From Eledone cirrhosa (Eukaryota): 64,000 nt of DNA. Below the pieces are notes generated by a model. That model worked only from the letters and a program-made list of their open reading frames with translations. It was not told where the DNA came from and searched no databases. The DNA is taken from positions 141,608,001 to 141,672,000 of the forward strand of contig OZ024743.1 of NCBI GenBank assembly GCA_964016885.1, in the 5' to 3' direction. A program made the translations under genes and the position numbers. Shown piece after piece: positions 37,860 to 51,200 of the stretch. Numbering within the stretch: the first letter of the stretch is position 1; each line of letters starts with the position of its first letter.

Positions 37860-40800
37860 CTTGGTGTTTGGTGCTTGGTGCTTGGTGCTGGGTGGTTGGT
37901 GTTTGGTGTTTGGTGCTTGGTGATTGGTGCTTATTGTTTGGTGCTTGGTGCTTGGTGCTTGGTGCTTGGTCTTTGATGCTTGGTGTTTGGTGTTTGGTGC
38001 TTGGTGCTTGGTGATTAGTGTTTGGTGCTTGGTGCTTGGTGTTTTGTGCTTGGTGTTTGGTGCTTGGTGCTTGGTGTTTGGTGTTTGGTGCTTTGTGCTT
38101 GGGGCTTGGTGTTTGGTGCTTAGTGTTTGGTGCTTGGTGTTTGGTGCTTGGCGCTTGGTGCTTGGTGTTTGGTGTATGGTGTTTGGTGCTTGGTGTTTGG
38201 TGCTTGGTGCTTGGTGATTGGTGCTTATTGTTTGGTGCTTGGTGCGTGGTGCTTGGTGCTTGGTCTTTGGTGCTTGGTGTTTGGTGTTTGGTGCTTGGTG
38301 CTTGGTGCTTGGTGATTAGTGTTTGGTGCTTGGTGCTTGGTGCCTGGTGCTTGGTGCTTGGTGCTTGTTGTTTGGTGCTTGGTGCTTGGTGATTAGTGTT
38401 TGGTGCTTGGTGCTTGGGGTTTGGTGTTTGGTGCTTGGTGTTTGGTGTTTGGTGCTTGGTGCTTGGTGTTTGGTGCTTGGTGCTTGGTGTTTGGTGCTTG
38501 GTGCTTTGTGTTTGGTGCTTGGTGTTTGGTGCTTGGTGCTTGGTGATTGGTGTTTGATGTTAGGTTCTTGGTGCTTGGTGTTTGGTGTTTGGTGCTTGGT
38601 GCTTGGTGTTTGGTGTTTGGTGCTTGCTGCTTGGTGCTTGGTGTTTTGTGTTTGGAGTTTGGTGCTTGGTGTTTGGTGCTTGGTGCTTGGTGTTTGGTGT
38701 TTGGTGTTTGGTGTTTGGTGATTGGTGCTTTGTGTTTGGTGCTTGGTGCTTGGTGCTTGGTTCTTGGTGTTAGGCGTTTGGTGCTTGCTGCTTGGTGCTT
38801 GGTGTTTTGTGTTTGGAGTTTGGTGCTTGGTGTTTGGTGCTTGGTGCTTGGTGTTTGGTGTTTGGTGTTTGGTGTTTGGTGTTTGGTGCTTGGTGCTTGG
38901 TGTTTGGTGCTTGGTGCTTGGTGTTTGGTGCTTGGTGCTTTGTGTTTGGTGCTTGGTGTTTGGTGCTTGGTGCTTGGTGATTGGTGTTTGATGTTTGGTC
39001 CTTGGTGCTTGGTGTTTGGTATTTGGAGATTGGTGCTTGGTGTTTGGTGTTTGGTGCTTGCTGCTTGCTGCTTGGTGTTTGGTGCTAGGGACTTGGTGCT
39101 TGGTGCTTGGTGTTTGGTGCTTGGTGTTTGGTGTTTGGTGCTTGGTGCGTGGGACTTGGTGTTTGGTGCTTGGTGTTTGGTGCTTGGTGTTTGGTGCTTG
39201 GTGCCTGGTGCTTGGTGTTTGGTGTTTGGTGCTTGGTGTTTGGTGCTTGGTGCTTGGTATTTGGTGTTTGGTGCTTGGTGCTTGGTGTTTGATGTTTGGT
39301 CCTTGGTGCTTGGTGTTTGGTGCTTGGTGTTTGGTGCTTGGTGCTTGGTGCTTGGTGTTTGGCGTTTGCTGTTTGCTGTTTGGTGTTTGGTGTTTGCTGT
39401 TTGGTGTTTGCTGTTTGGTGTTTGGTGTTTGGTGCTTGGTGCTTGGTGTTTGGTGCTTGGTGCTTGGTGCTTGGTGTTTGGTCCTTGGTGCTTGGTGCTT
39501 GGTCTTTGGTGCTTCGGTTTTGGTGTTTGGTGCTTGGTGCTTGGTGTTTGGTGCTTGGTGCTTGGTGCTTGGTGCTTGGTGTTTGGTGCTTGCTGCTTGG
39601 TGCTTGGTGTTTGGTGCTTGGTGCTTGGTGAGTAGTGTTTGGTGATTGGTGCTTGGGGTTTGGTGTTTGGGGCTTGGTGTTTGGTGCTTAGTGCTTGCTG
39701 TTTGGTGTTTGGTGTTTGGTTCTTGGTGCTTGGTGTTTGGTGTTTGGTGTTTGGTGCTTGGTGCTTGGTGCTTGGTGTTTGGTGCTTGGTGCTTGGTGCT
39801 TGGTGTTTGGTGCTGCGTGCTTGGTGTTTGGTGTTTGGTGCTTGGTGCCTGGTGCTTGTTGTTTGGTGTTTGGTGCTTAGTGCATGGTGTTTGGTGTTTG
39901 GTGCTTGGTGCTTGGTGGCTGGTGCTTGGTGCTTGGTGTTTGGAGTTTGGTGCTTGGTGCTTGGTGCCTGGTGTTTCGTGCTTGGTGCTTGGTGCTTGGT
40001 GTTTGGTGTTTGGTGCTTGGTGTTTGGTGTTTGGAACTTGGTGCTTGGTGCTTGGTGCTTGGTGTTTGGTGCTTGGTGTTTGATGCTGCGTGCTTGGTGT
40101 TTGGTGTTTGGTTCTTGGTGCTTGGTGTTTGGTGTTTGGAGCTTGGTGCCTGCTGCTTGTTGTTTGGTGTTTGGTGCTTGATGTTTGGTGTTTGTTGCTT
40201 GGTGCTTGGTGCTTGGTGTTTGGTGTTTGGTGCTTGGTGCTTGGTGTTTGGAGCTTGGTGTTTGGTGTTTGGTGTTTGATGCTTGGTGTTTGCTGCTTGG
40301 TGCTTGGTGCTTGGTGTTTTGTGTTTGGTGCTTTGTGCTTGGTGCCTGGTGCTTGGTGCTTGGTGCTTGTTGTTTGGTGCTTGGTGCTTGGTGATTAGTG
40401 TTTGGAGCTTGGTGTTTGGTGTTTGGTGTTTGGTGCTTGGTGTTTGGTGCTTGGTATTTGATGCTGCCTGCTTGGTGTTTGGTGTTTGGTGCTTGGTGCT
40501 TGGTGTTTGGCGTTTGGAGCGCGGTGCCTGGTGCTTGTTGTTTGGTGTTTGGCGCTTGGTGCTTGGTGTTTGGTGTTTGGTGCTTGGTGCTTGGTGCTTG
40601 GTATCTGGTGTTTGGTGCTTGATGTTTGGTGTTTGGTGCTTGGTGTTTTGTGTTTGGTGATTGGTGTTTGGTGCCTGGTGCTTGGTGCTTGGTGCTTGTT
40701 GTTTGGTGCTTGGTGCTTGGTGATTAGTGTTTGGTGCTTGGTGCTTGCGGTTTGGTGTTTGGTGCTTGGGGTTTGGTGCTTGGTGCTTGGTGCTTGGTGT

Positions 40801-43800
40801 TTGGTGCTTGGTGCTTGGTGTTTGTTGCTTGGTGCTTGGTGTTTGGTGTTTGGTGTTTGCTGTTTGCTGTTTGCTGTTTGGTGCTTGCTGTTTGGTGCTT
40901 GGTGCTTGGTGTTTGGTGTTTGGTGTTTTGTGCTTGGTGCTTGGTGTTTGGTGCTTGGTGCTTGGTGCTGGGTGTTTGGTGCTTGGTGCTTGGTGTTTGG
41001 TGCTTGGTGCTTGGTGCTTGGTGTTTGGTCCTTGGTGCTTGGTGCTTATTGTTTGGTGCTTGGTGCTTGGTGCTTGGTGCTTGGTGCTTGGTCTTTGATG
41101 CTTGGTGTTTGGTGTTTGGTGCTTGGTGCCTGGTGCTTGGTGATTAGTGTTTGGTGCTTGGTGCTTGGTGTTTTGTGCTTGGTGTTTGGTGCTTGGTGCT
41201 TGGTGTTTGGTGTTTGGTGCTTGGTGCTTGGGGCTTGGTGTTTGGTGCTTAGTGTTTGGTGCTTGGTGTTTGGTGCTAGGCGCTTGGTGCTTGGTGTTTG
41301 GTGTATGGTGTTTGGTGCTTGGTGTTTGGTGCTTGGTGCTTGGTGCTGGGTGGTTGGTGTATGGTGTTTGGTGCTTGGTGATTGGTGCTTATTGTTTGGT
41401 GCTTGGTGCTTGGTGCTTGGTGCTTGGTCTTTGGTGCTTGGTGTTTGGTGTTTGGTGCTTGGTGCTTGGTGCTTGGTGATTAGTGTTTGGTGCTTGGTGC
41501 TTGGTGCCTGGTGCTTGGTGCTTGGTGCTTGTTGTTTGGTACTTGGTGCTTGGTGATTAGTGTTTGGTGCTTGGTGCTTGGGGTTTGTTGTTTGGTGCTT
41601 GGTGTTTGGTGTTTGGTGCTTGGTGCTTGGTGTTTGGTGCTTGGTGCTTGGTGTTTGGTGCTTGGTGCTTTGTGTTTGGTGCTTGGTGTTTGGTGCTTGG
41701 TGCTTGGTGCTTGGTGCTTGGTGTTAGGTGTTTGGTGCTTGGTGATTGGTGTTTGATATTAGGTTCTTGGTGCTTGGTGTTTGGTGTTTGGTGCTTGGTG
41801 CTTGGTGTTTGGTGTTTGGTGCTTGCTGCTTGGTGCTTGGTGTTTTGTGTTTGGAGTTTGGTGCTTGGTGTTTGGTGCTTGGTGCTTGGTGTTTGGTGTT
41901 TGGTGTTTGGTGTTTGGTGATTGGTGCTTTGTCTTTGGTGCTTGGTGCTTGGTGCTTGGTTCTTGGTGTTAGGCGTTTGCTGCTTGGTGCTTGGTGTTTG
42001 ATGTTTGGTCCTTGGTGCTTGGTGTTTGGTATTTGGAGCTTGGTGCTTGGTGTTTGGTGTTTGGTGCTTGCTGCTTGCTGCTTGGTGTTTGGTGCTAGGG
42101 ACTTGGTGCTTGGTGCTTGGTTTTTGGTGCTTGGTGTTTGGTGTTTGGTGCTTGGTGCGTGGGACTTGGTGTTTGGTGCTTGGTTCTTGGTGCTTGGTGT
42201 TTGGTGTTTGGTGCTTGGTGCTTGGTGCTTGGTGTTTGGTGCTTGGTGCTTGGTGATTAGTGTTTGGTGATTGGTGCTTGGGGTTTGGTGTTTGGTGCTT
42301 GGTGTTTGGTGCTTGGTGTTTGGTGCTTGGTGCTTGCTGTTTGGTGTTTGGTGTTTGGTTCTTGGTGCTTGGTGTTTGGTGTTTGGTGCTTGGTGCTTGG
42401 TGATTGGTGTTTGGTGCTTGGTGCTTGGTGCTTGGTGTTTGGTGCTGCGTGCTTGGTGTTTGGTGTTTGGTGCTTGGTGCCTGGGGCTTGTTGTTTGGTG
42501 TTTGGTGCTTGGTGCTTGGTGTTTGGTGTTTGGTGCTTGCTGCTTGCTGCTTGGTGTTTGGTGCTTGGTGATTGGTGCTTGGTGTTTTATGCTTGGTGCT
42601 TGGTGTTTGGTGCTAGGGGCTTGGTGCTTGATGCTTGGTGTTTGGTGCTTGGTGCTTGCTGTTTGGTGCTTGGTGCTTGGTCCTTGGTGTTTGGTGTATG
42701 GTGTTTGGTGCTTGGTGTTTGGTGCTTGGTGCTTGGTGCTGGGTGGTTGGTGTTTGGTGTTTGGTGCTTGGTGATTGGTGCTTATTGTTTGGTGCTTGGT
42801 GCTTGGTGCTTGGTCTTTGATGCTTGGTGTTTGGTGTTTGGTGCTTGGTGCTTGGTGCTTGGTGATTAGTGTTTGGTGCTTGGTGCTTGGTGTTTTGTGC
42901 TTGGTGTTTGGTGCTTGGTGCTTGGTGTTTGGTGTTTGGTGCTTGGTGCTTGGGGCTTGGTGTTTGGTGCTTAGTGTTTGGTGCTTGGTGTTTGGTGCTT
43001 GGCGCTTGGTGCTTGGTGTTTGGTGTATGGTGTTTGGTGCTTGGTGTTTGGTGGTTGGTGCTTGGTGCTGGGTGGTTGGTGTTTGGTGTTTGGTGCTTGG
43101 TGATTGGTGATTAGTGTTTGGTGCTTGGTGCTTGGTGCCTGGTGCTTGGTGCTTGGTGCTTGTTGTTTGGTGCTTGGTGCTTGGTGATTAGTGTTTGGTG
43201 CTTGGTGCTTGGGGTTTGGTGTTTGGTGCTTGGTGTTTGGTGTTTGGTGCTTGGTGCTTGGTGTTTGGTGCTTGGTGCTTGGTGTTTGGTGCTTGGTGCT
43301 TTGTGTTTGGTGCTTGGTGTTTGGTGCTTGGTGCTTGGTGCTTGGTGCTGGGTGGTTGGTGTTTGGTGTTTGGTGCTTGGTGATTGGTGCTTATTGTTTG
43401 GTGCTTGGTGCTTGGTGCTTGGTGCTTGGTCTTTGATGCTTGGTGTTTGGTGTTTGGTGCTTGGTGCTTGGTGATTAGTGTTTGGTGCTTGGTGCTTGGT
43501 GTTTTGTGCTTGGTGTTTGGTGCTTGGTGCTTGGTGTTTAGTGTTTGGTGCTTGGTGCTTGGGGCTTGGTGTTTGGTGCTTAGTGTTTGGTGCTTGGTGT
43601 TTGGTGCTTGGCGCTTGGTGCTTGGTGTTTTGTGTATGGTGTTTGGTGCTTGGTGTTTGTTGCTTGGTGCTTGGTGCTGGGTGGTTGGTGTTTGGTGTTT
43701 GGTGCTTGGTGATTGGTGCTTATTGTTTGGTGCTTGGTGCGTGGTGCTTGGTGCTTGGTCTTTGGTGCTTGGTGTTTGGTGTTTGGTGCTTGGTGCTTGG

Positions 43801-46800
43801 TGCTTGGTGATTAGTGTTTGGTGCTTGGTGCTTGGTGCCTGGTGCTTGGTGCTTGGTGCTTGTTGTTTGGTGCTTGGTGCTTGGTGATTAGTGTTTGGTG
43901 CTTGGTGCTTGGGGTTTGGTGTTTGGTGCTTGGTGTTTGGTGTTTGGTGCTTGGTGCTTGGTGTTTGGTGCTTGGTGCTTGGTGTTTGGTGCTTGGTGCT
44001 TTGTGTTTGGTGCTTGGTGTTTGGTGCTTGGTGCTTGGTGATTGGTGTTTGATGTTAGGTTCTTGGTGCTTGGTGTTTGGTGTTTGGTGCTTGGTGCTTG
44101 GTGTTTGGTGTTTGGTGCTTGCTGCTTGGTGCTTGGTGTTTTGTGTTTGGAGTTTGGTGCTTGGTGTTTGGTGCTTGGTGCTTGGTGTTTGGTGTTTGGT
44201 GTTTGGTGTTTGGTGATTGGTGCTTTGTGTTTGGTGCTTGGTGCTTGGTGCTTGGTTCTTGGTGTTAGGCGTTTGGTGCTTGGTGCTTGGTGTTTGATGT
44301 TTGGTCCTTGGTGCTTGGTGTTTGGTATTTGGAGCTTGGTGCTTGGTGTTTGGTGTTTGGTGCTTGCTGCTTGCTGCTTGGTGTTTGGTGCTAGGGACTT
44401 GGTGCTTGGTGCTTGGTGTTTGGTGCTTGGTGTTTGGTGTTTGGTGCTTGGTGCGTGGGACTTGGTGTTTGGTGCTTGGTGTTTGGTGCTTGGTGTTTGG
44501 TGCTTGGTGCCTGGTGCTTGGTGTTTGGTGTTTGGTGCTTGGTGTTTGGTGCTTGGTGCTTGGTATTTGGTGTTTGGTGCTTGGTGCTTGGTGTTTGATG
44601 TTTGGTCCTTGGTGCTTGGTGTTTGGTGCTTGGTGTTTGGTGCTTGGTGCTTGGTGCTTGGTGTTTGGCGTTTGCTGTTTGCTGTTTGGTGTTTGGTGTT
44701 TGCTGTTTGGTGTTTGCTGTTTGGTGTTTGGTGTTTGGTGCTTGGTGCTTGGTGTTTGGTGCTTGGTGCTTGGTGCTTGGTGTTTGGTCCTTGGTGCTTG
44801 GTGCTTGGTCTTTGGTGCTTGGGTTTTGGTGTTTGGTGCTTGGTGCTTGGTGTTTGGTGCTTGGTGCTTGGTGCTTGGTGCTTGGTGTTTGGTGCTTGCT
44901 GCTTGGTGCTTGGTGTTTGGTGCTTGGTGCTTGGTGAGTAGTGTTTGGTGATTGGTGCTTGGGGTTTGGTGTTTGGGGCTTGGCGTTTGGTGCTTAGTGC
45001 TTGCTGTTTGGTGTTTGGTGTTTGGTTCTTGGTGCTTGGTGTTTGGTGTTTGGTGTTTGGTGCTTGGTGCTTGGTGCTTGGTGTTTGGTGCTTGGTGCTT
45101 GGTGCTTGGTGTTTGGTGCTGCGTGCTTGGTGTTTGGTGTTTGGTGCTTGGTGCCTGGTGCTTGTTGTTTGGTGGTTGGTGCTTAGTGCATGGTGTTTGG
45201 TGTTTGGTGCTTGGTGCTTGGTGGCTGGTGCTTGGTGCTTGGTGTTTGGAGTTTGGTGCTTGGTGCTTGGTGCCTGGTGTTTCGTGCTTGGTGCTTGGTG
45301 CTTGGTGTTTGGTGTTTGGTGCTTGGTGTTTGGTGTTTGGAACTTGGTGCTTGGTGCTTGGTGCTTGGTGTTTGGTGCTTGGTGTTTGATGCTGCGTGCT
45401 TGGTGTTTGGTGTTTGGTTCTTGGTGCTTGGTGTTTGGTGTTTGGAGCTTGGTGCCTGCTGCTTGTTGTTTGGTGTTTGGTGCTTGATGTTTGGTGTTTG
45501 TTGCTTGGTGCTTGGTGCTTGGTGTTTGGTGTTTGGTGCTTGGTGCTTGGTGTTTGGAGCTTGGTGTTTGGTGTTTGGTGTTTGATGCTTGGTGTTTGCT
45601 GCTTGGTGCTTGGTGCTTGGTGTTTTGTGTTTGGTGCTTGGTGCTTGGTGCCTGGTGCTTGGTGCTTGGTGCTTGTTGTTTGGTGCTTGGTGCTTGGTGA
45701 TTAGTGTTTGGAGCTTGGTGTTTGGTGTTTGGTGTTTGGTGCTTGGTGTTTGGTGCTTGGTATTTGATGCTGCCTGCTTGGTGTTTGGTGTTTGGTGCTT
45801 GGTGCTTGGTGTTTGGCGTTTGGAGCGCGGTGCCTGGTGCTTGTTGTTTGGTGTTTGGCGCTTGGTGCTTGGTGTTTGGTGTTTGGTGCTTGGTGCTTGG
45901 TGCTTGGTATCTGGTGTTTGGTGCTTGATGTTTGGTGTTTGGTGCTTGGTGTTTTGTGTTTGGTGATTGGTGCTTGGTGCCTGGTGCTTGGTGCTTGGTG
46001 CTTGTTGTTTGGTACTTGGTGCTTGGTGATTAGTGTTTGGTGCTTGGTGCTTGCGGTTTGGTGTTTGGTGCTTAGGGTTTGGTGCTTGGTGCTTGGTGCT
46101 TGGTGTTTGGTGCTTGGTGCTTGGTGTTTGTTGCTTGGTGCTTGGTGTTTGGTGTTTGGTGTTTGCTGTTTGCTGTTTGCTGTTTGGTGCTTGCTGTTTG
46201 GTGCTTGGTGCTTGGTGTTTGGTGTTTGGTGTTTTGTGCTTGGTGCTTGGTGTTTGGTGCTTGGTGCTTGGTGCTGGGTGTTTGGTGCTTGGTGCTTGGT
46301 GTTTGGTGCTTGGTGCTTGGTGCTTGGTGTTTGGTCCTTGGTGCTTGGTGCTTATCGTTTGGTGCTTGGTGCTTGGTGCTTGGTGCTTGGTCTTTGATGC
46401 TTGGTGTTTGGTGTTTGGTGCTTGGTGCCTGGTGCTTGGTGATTAGTGTTTGGTGCTTGGTGCTTGGTGTTTTGTGCTTGGTGTTTGGTGCTTGGTGCTT
46501 GGTGTTTGGTGTTTGGTGCTTGGTGCTTGGGGCTTGGTGTTTGGTGCTTAGTGTTTGGTGCTTGGTGTTTGGTGCTAGGCGCTTGGTGCTTGGTGTTTGG
46601 TGTATGGTGTTTGGTGCTTGGTGTTTGGTGCTTGGTGCTTGGTGCTGGGTGGTTGGTGTATGGTGTTTGGTGCTTGGTGATTGGTGCTTATTGTTTGGTG
46701 CTTGGTGCTTGGTGCTTGGTGCTTGGTCTTTGGTGCTTGGTGTTTGGTGTTTGGTGCTTGGTGCTTGGTGCTTGGTGATTAGTGTTTGGTGCTTGGTGCT

Positions 46801-48230
46801 TGGTGCCTGGTGCTTGGTGCTTGGTGCTTGTTGTTTGGTGCTTGGTGCTTGGTGATTAGTGTTTGGTGCTTGGTGCTTGGGGTTTGGTGTTTGGTGCTTG
46901 GTGTTTGGTGTTTGGTGCTTGGTGCTTGGTGTTTGGTGCCTGGTGCTTGGTGTTTGGTGCTTGGTGCTTTGTGTTTGGTGCTTGGTGTTTGGTGCTTGGT
47001 GCTTGGTGCTTGGTGCTTGGTGTTAGGTGTTTGGTGCTTGGTGATTGGTGTTTGATGTTAGGTTCTTGGTGCTTGGTGTTTGGTGTTTGGTGCTTGGTGC
47101 TTGGTGTTTGGTGTTTGGTGCTTGCTGCTTGGTGCTTGGTGTTTTGTGTTTGGAGTTTGGTGCTTGGTGTTTGGTGCTTGGTGTTTGGTGTTTGGTGTTT
47201 GGTGTTTGGTGATTGGTGCTTTGTCTTTGGTGCTTGGTGCTTGGTGCTTGGTTCTTGGTGTTAGGCGTTTGGTGCTTGGTGCTTGGTGTTTGATGTTTGG
47301 TCCTTGGTGCTTGGTGTTTGGTATTTGGAGCTTGGTGCTTGGTGTTTGGTGTTTGGTGCTTGCTGCTTGCTGCTTGGTGTTTGGTGCTAGGGACTTGGTG
47401 CTTGGTGCTTGGTGTTTGGTGCTTGGTGTTTGGTGTTTGGTGCTTGGTGTGTGGGACTTGGTGTTTGGTGCTTGGTTCTTGGTGCTTGGTGTTTGGTGTT
47501 TGGTGCTTGGTGCTTGGTGCTTGGTGTTTGGTGCTTGGTGCTTGGTGATTAGTGTTTGGTGATTGGTGCTTGGGGTTTGGTGTTTGGTGCTTGGTGTTTG
47601 GTGCTTGGTGCTTGCTGTTTGGTGTTTGGTGTTTGGTTCTTGGTGCTTGGTGTTTGGTGTTTGGTGCTTGGTGCTTGGTGATTGGTGTTTGGTGCTTGGT
47701 GCTTGGTGCTTGGTGTTTGGTGCTGCGTGCTTGGTGTTTGGTGTTTGGTGCTTGGTGCCTGGGGCTTGTTGTTTGGTGTTTGGTGCTTGGTGCTTGGTGT
47801 TTGGTGTTTGGTGCTTGCTGCTTGCTGCTTGGTGTTTGGTGCTTGGTGATTGGTGCTTGGTGTTTTATGCTTGGTGCTTGGTGTTTGGTGCTAGGGGCTT
47901 GGTGCTTGATGCTTGGTGTTTGGTGCTTGGTGCTTGCTGTTTGGTGCTTGGTGCTTGGTGCTTGGTGTTTGGTGTATGGTGTTTGGTGCTTGGTGTTTGG
48001 TGCTTGGTACTTGGTGCTGGGTGGTTGGTGTTTGGTGTTTGGTGCTTGGTGATTGGTGCTTATTGTTTGGTGCTTGGTGCTTGGTGCTTGGTCTTTGATG
48101 CTTGGTGTTTGGTGTTTGGTGCTTGGTGCTTGGTGCTTGGTGATTAGTGTTTGGTGCTTGGTGCTTGGTGTTTTGTGCTTGGTGTTTGGTGCTTGGTGCT
48201 TGGTGTTTGGTGTTTGGTGCTTGGTGCTTG
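37860..48230. repeat. Tandem two-copy HOR, period ~5.3-5.5 kb (junction ~43320)
   Basis: ORF pairs 38018/43478 (5460), 38323/43818 (5495), 38995/44301, 39639/44945 and 40727/46033 (5306), 41147/46446 (5299), 42005/47297 (5292), 42869/48147 (5278). All offsets are multiples of 7. Rare GAGCGCGG at ~40517/45823. Confidence 0.9.
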
Positions 48231-51200
48231 GGGCTTGGTGCTTGGTGTTTGGTGTATGGTGTTTGGTGCTTGGTGTTTGGTGGTTGGTGCTTGGTGCTGG
48301 GTGGTTGGTGTTTGGTGTTTGGTGCTTGGTGATTGGTGCTTATTGTTTGGTGCTTGGTGCTTGGTGCTTGGTGCTTGGTCTTTGGTGCTTGGTGTTTGGT
48401 GCTTGGCGCTTGGTGCTTGGTGTTTGGTGTATGGTGTTTGGTGCTTGGTGTTTGGTGGTTGGTGCTTGGTGCTGGGTGGTTGGTGTTTGGTGTTTGGTGC
48501 TTGGTGATTGGTGCTTATTGTTTGGTGCTTGGTGCTTGGTGCTTGGTGCTTGGTCTTTGGTGCTTGGTGTTTGGTGTTTGGTGCTTGGTGCTTGGAGCTT
48601 GGTGATTAGTGTTTGGTGCTTGGTGCTTGGTGCCTGGTGCTTGGTGCTTGGTGCTTGTTGTTTGGTGCTTGGTGCTTGGTGATTAGTGTTTGGTGCTTGG
48701 TGTTGGGGTTTGGTGTTTGGTGCTTGGTGTTTGGTGTTTGGTGCTTGGTGCTTGGTGTTTGGTGCTTGGTGCTTGGTGTTTGGTGCTTGGTGCTTTGTGT
48801 TTGGTGCTTGGTGTTTGGTGCTTGGTGCTTGGTGCTTGGTGCTTGGTGTTAGGTGTTTGGTGCTTGGTGTTTGATGTTAGGTTCTTGGTGCTTGGTGTTT
48901 GGTGTTTGGTGCTTGGTGCTTGGTGTTTGGTGTTTGGTGCTTGCTGCGTGGTGCTTGGTATTTTGTGTTTGGAGTTTGGTGCTTGGTGTTTGGTGCTTGG
49001 TGCTTGGTGTTTGGTGTTTGGTGTTTGGTGTTTGGTGATTGGTGCTTTGTGTTTGGTGCTTGGTGCTTGGTGCTTGGTTCTTGGTGTTAGGTGTTTGGTG
49101 CTTGGTGCTTGGTGTTTGATGTTTGGTCCTTGGTGCTTGGTGTTTGGTATTTGGAGCTTGGTGCTTGGTGTTTGGTGTTTGGTGCTTGCTGCTTGCTGCT
49201 TGGTGTTTGGTGATAGGGACTTGGTGCTTGGTGCTTGGTGTTTGGTGTCTGGTGCTTGGTGCGTGGGACTTGGTGTTTGGTGCTTGGTGTTTGGTGCTTG
49301 GTGTTTGGTGCTTGGTGCCTGGTGCTTGGTGTTTGGTGCTTGCTGCTTGGTGCTTGGTGCTGGGTGGTTGGTGTTTGGTGTTTGGTGCTTGGTGATTGGT
49401 GCTTATTGTTTGGTGCTTGGTGCTTGGTGCTTGGTCTTTGATGCTTGGTGTTTGGTGTTTGGTGTTTGGTGCTTGGTGCTTGCTGTTTGGTGATTGGTGT
49501 TTGGTTCTTGGTGCTTGGTGTTTGGTGTTTGGTTTTTGGTGCTTGGTGCTTGGTGCTTGGTGTTTGGTGCTTGGTGCTTGGTGCTTGGTGTTTGGTGCTG
49601 CGTGCTTGGTGTTTGGTGTTTGGTGCTTGGTGCCTGGTGCCTGTTGTTTGGTGTTTGGTGCTTAGTGCTTGGTGTTTGGTGTTTGGTGCTTGGTGCTTGG
49701 TGGCTGGTGTTTGGTGCTTGGTGTTTGGAGTTTGGTGCTTGGTGCTTGGTGCCTGGTGTTTCGTGCTTGGTGCTTGGTGCTTGGTGTTTGGTGTATGGTG
49801 CTTGGTGTTTGGTGTTTGGTACTTGGTGCTTGGTGCTTGGTGCTTGGTGTTTGGTGTTTGCTGTTTGCTGTTTCGTGTTTGGTGTTTGCTGTTTGGTGTT
49901 TGCTGTTTGGTGTTTGGTGTTTGGTGCTTGCTGTTTGGTGCTTGGTGCTTGGTGTTTGGTGTTTGGTGCTTGGTGTTTGGTGCTTGGTGCTTGGTGCTGG
50001 GTGTTTGGTGCTTGGTGCTTGGTGTTTGGTGCTTGGTGCTTGGTGCTTGGTGTTTGGTCCTTGGTGCTTGGTGCTTGGTCTTTGGTGCTTGGGTTTTGGT
50101 GTTTGGTGCTCGGTGCTTGGTGTTTGGTGCTTGGTGCTTGGTGCTTGGTGTTTGGTGCTTGCTGCTTGGCGCTTGGTTTTTGGTGCTTGGTGCTTGGTGA
50201 TTAGTGTTTGGTGATTGGTGCTTGGGGTTTGGTGTTTGGGGGCTTGGTGTTTGGTGCGTGGTGCTTGCTGTTTGGTGTTTGGTGCTGGGTGTTTGGTGCT
50301 TGGTGCTTGGTGTTTGGTGCTTGGTGCTTGGTGCTTGGTGCTTGGTGTTTGGTGCCTGGTGCTTGGTGCTTGGTGCTTGCTGTTTGGTGTTTGGTGTTTG
50401 GTTCTTGGTGCTTGGTGTTTGGTGTTTGGTGCTTGGTGCTTGGTGCTTGGTGTTTGGTGCTTGGTGCTTGGTGATTAGTGTTTGGTGATTGGTGCTTGGG
50501 GTCTGGTGTTTGGTGCTTGGTGTTTGGTGCTTGGTGCTTGCTGTTTGGTGTTTGGTGTTTGGTTCTTGGTGCTTGGTGTTTGGTGTTTGGTGCTTGGTGC
50601 TTGGTGATTGGTGTTTGGTGCTTGGTGCTTGGTGCTTGGTGTTTGGTGCTGCGTGCTTGTTGTTTGGTGTTTGGTGCTTGGTGCTTGGTGCTTGGTGTTA
50701 GGTGTTTGGTGCTTGGTGCTTGGTGTTTGATATTTGGTCCTTGGTGCTTGTTGTTTGGTGTTTGGTGCTTGGTGCTTGGTGTTTGGTGCTTGGTGCTTGG
50801 TGTTTGGTGTTTGGTGTTTGGTGTTTGGAGATTGGTGCTTTGTGTTTGGTGCTTGGTGCTTGGTGCTTGGTTCTTGGTGTTAGGCGTTTGGTGCTTGGAG
50901 CTTGGTGTTTGATGTTTGGTCCTTGGTGCTTGGTGTTTGGTATTTGGAGCTTGGTGCTTGGTGTTTGGTGTTTGGTGCTTGCTGCTTGCTGCTTGGTGTT
51001 TGGTGCTAGGGACTTGGTGCTTGGTGCTTGGTGTTTGGTGCTTGGTGTTTGGTGTTTGGTGCTTGGTGCGTGGGACTTGGTGTTTGGTGCTTGGTTCTTG
51101 GTGCTTGGTGTTTGGTGTTTGGTGCTTGGTGCTTGGTGCTTGGTGTTTGGTGCTTGGTGCTTGGTGATTAGTGTTTGGTGATTGGTGCTTGGGGTTTGGT

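Noticed and set aside
244-47297. Same 5292-bp offset in the left (244/5536) and right (42005/47297) domains as one conserved HOR length
   Set aside because: The units have different variant content and their offsets drift (5292-5634 versus 5278-5495), so this is most likely coincidence.
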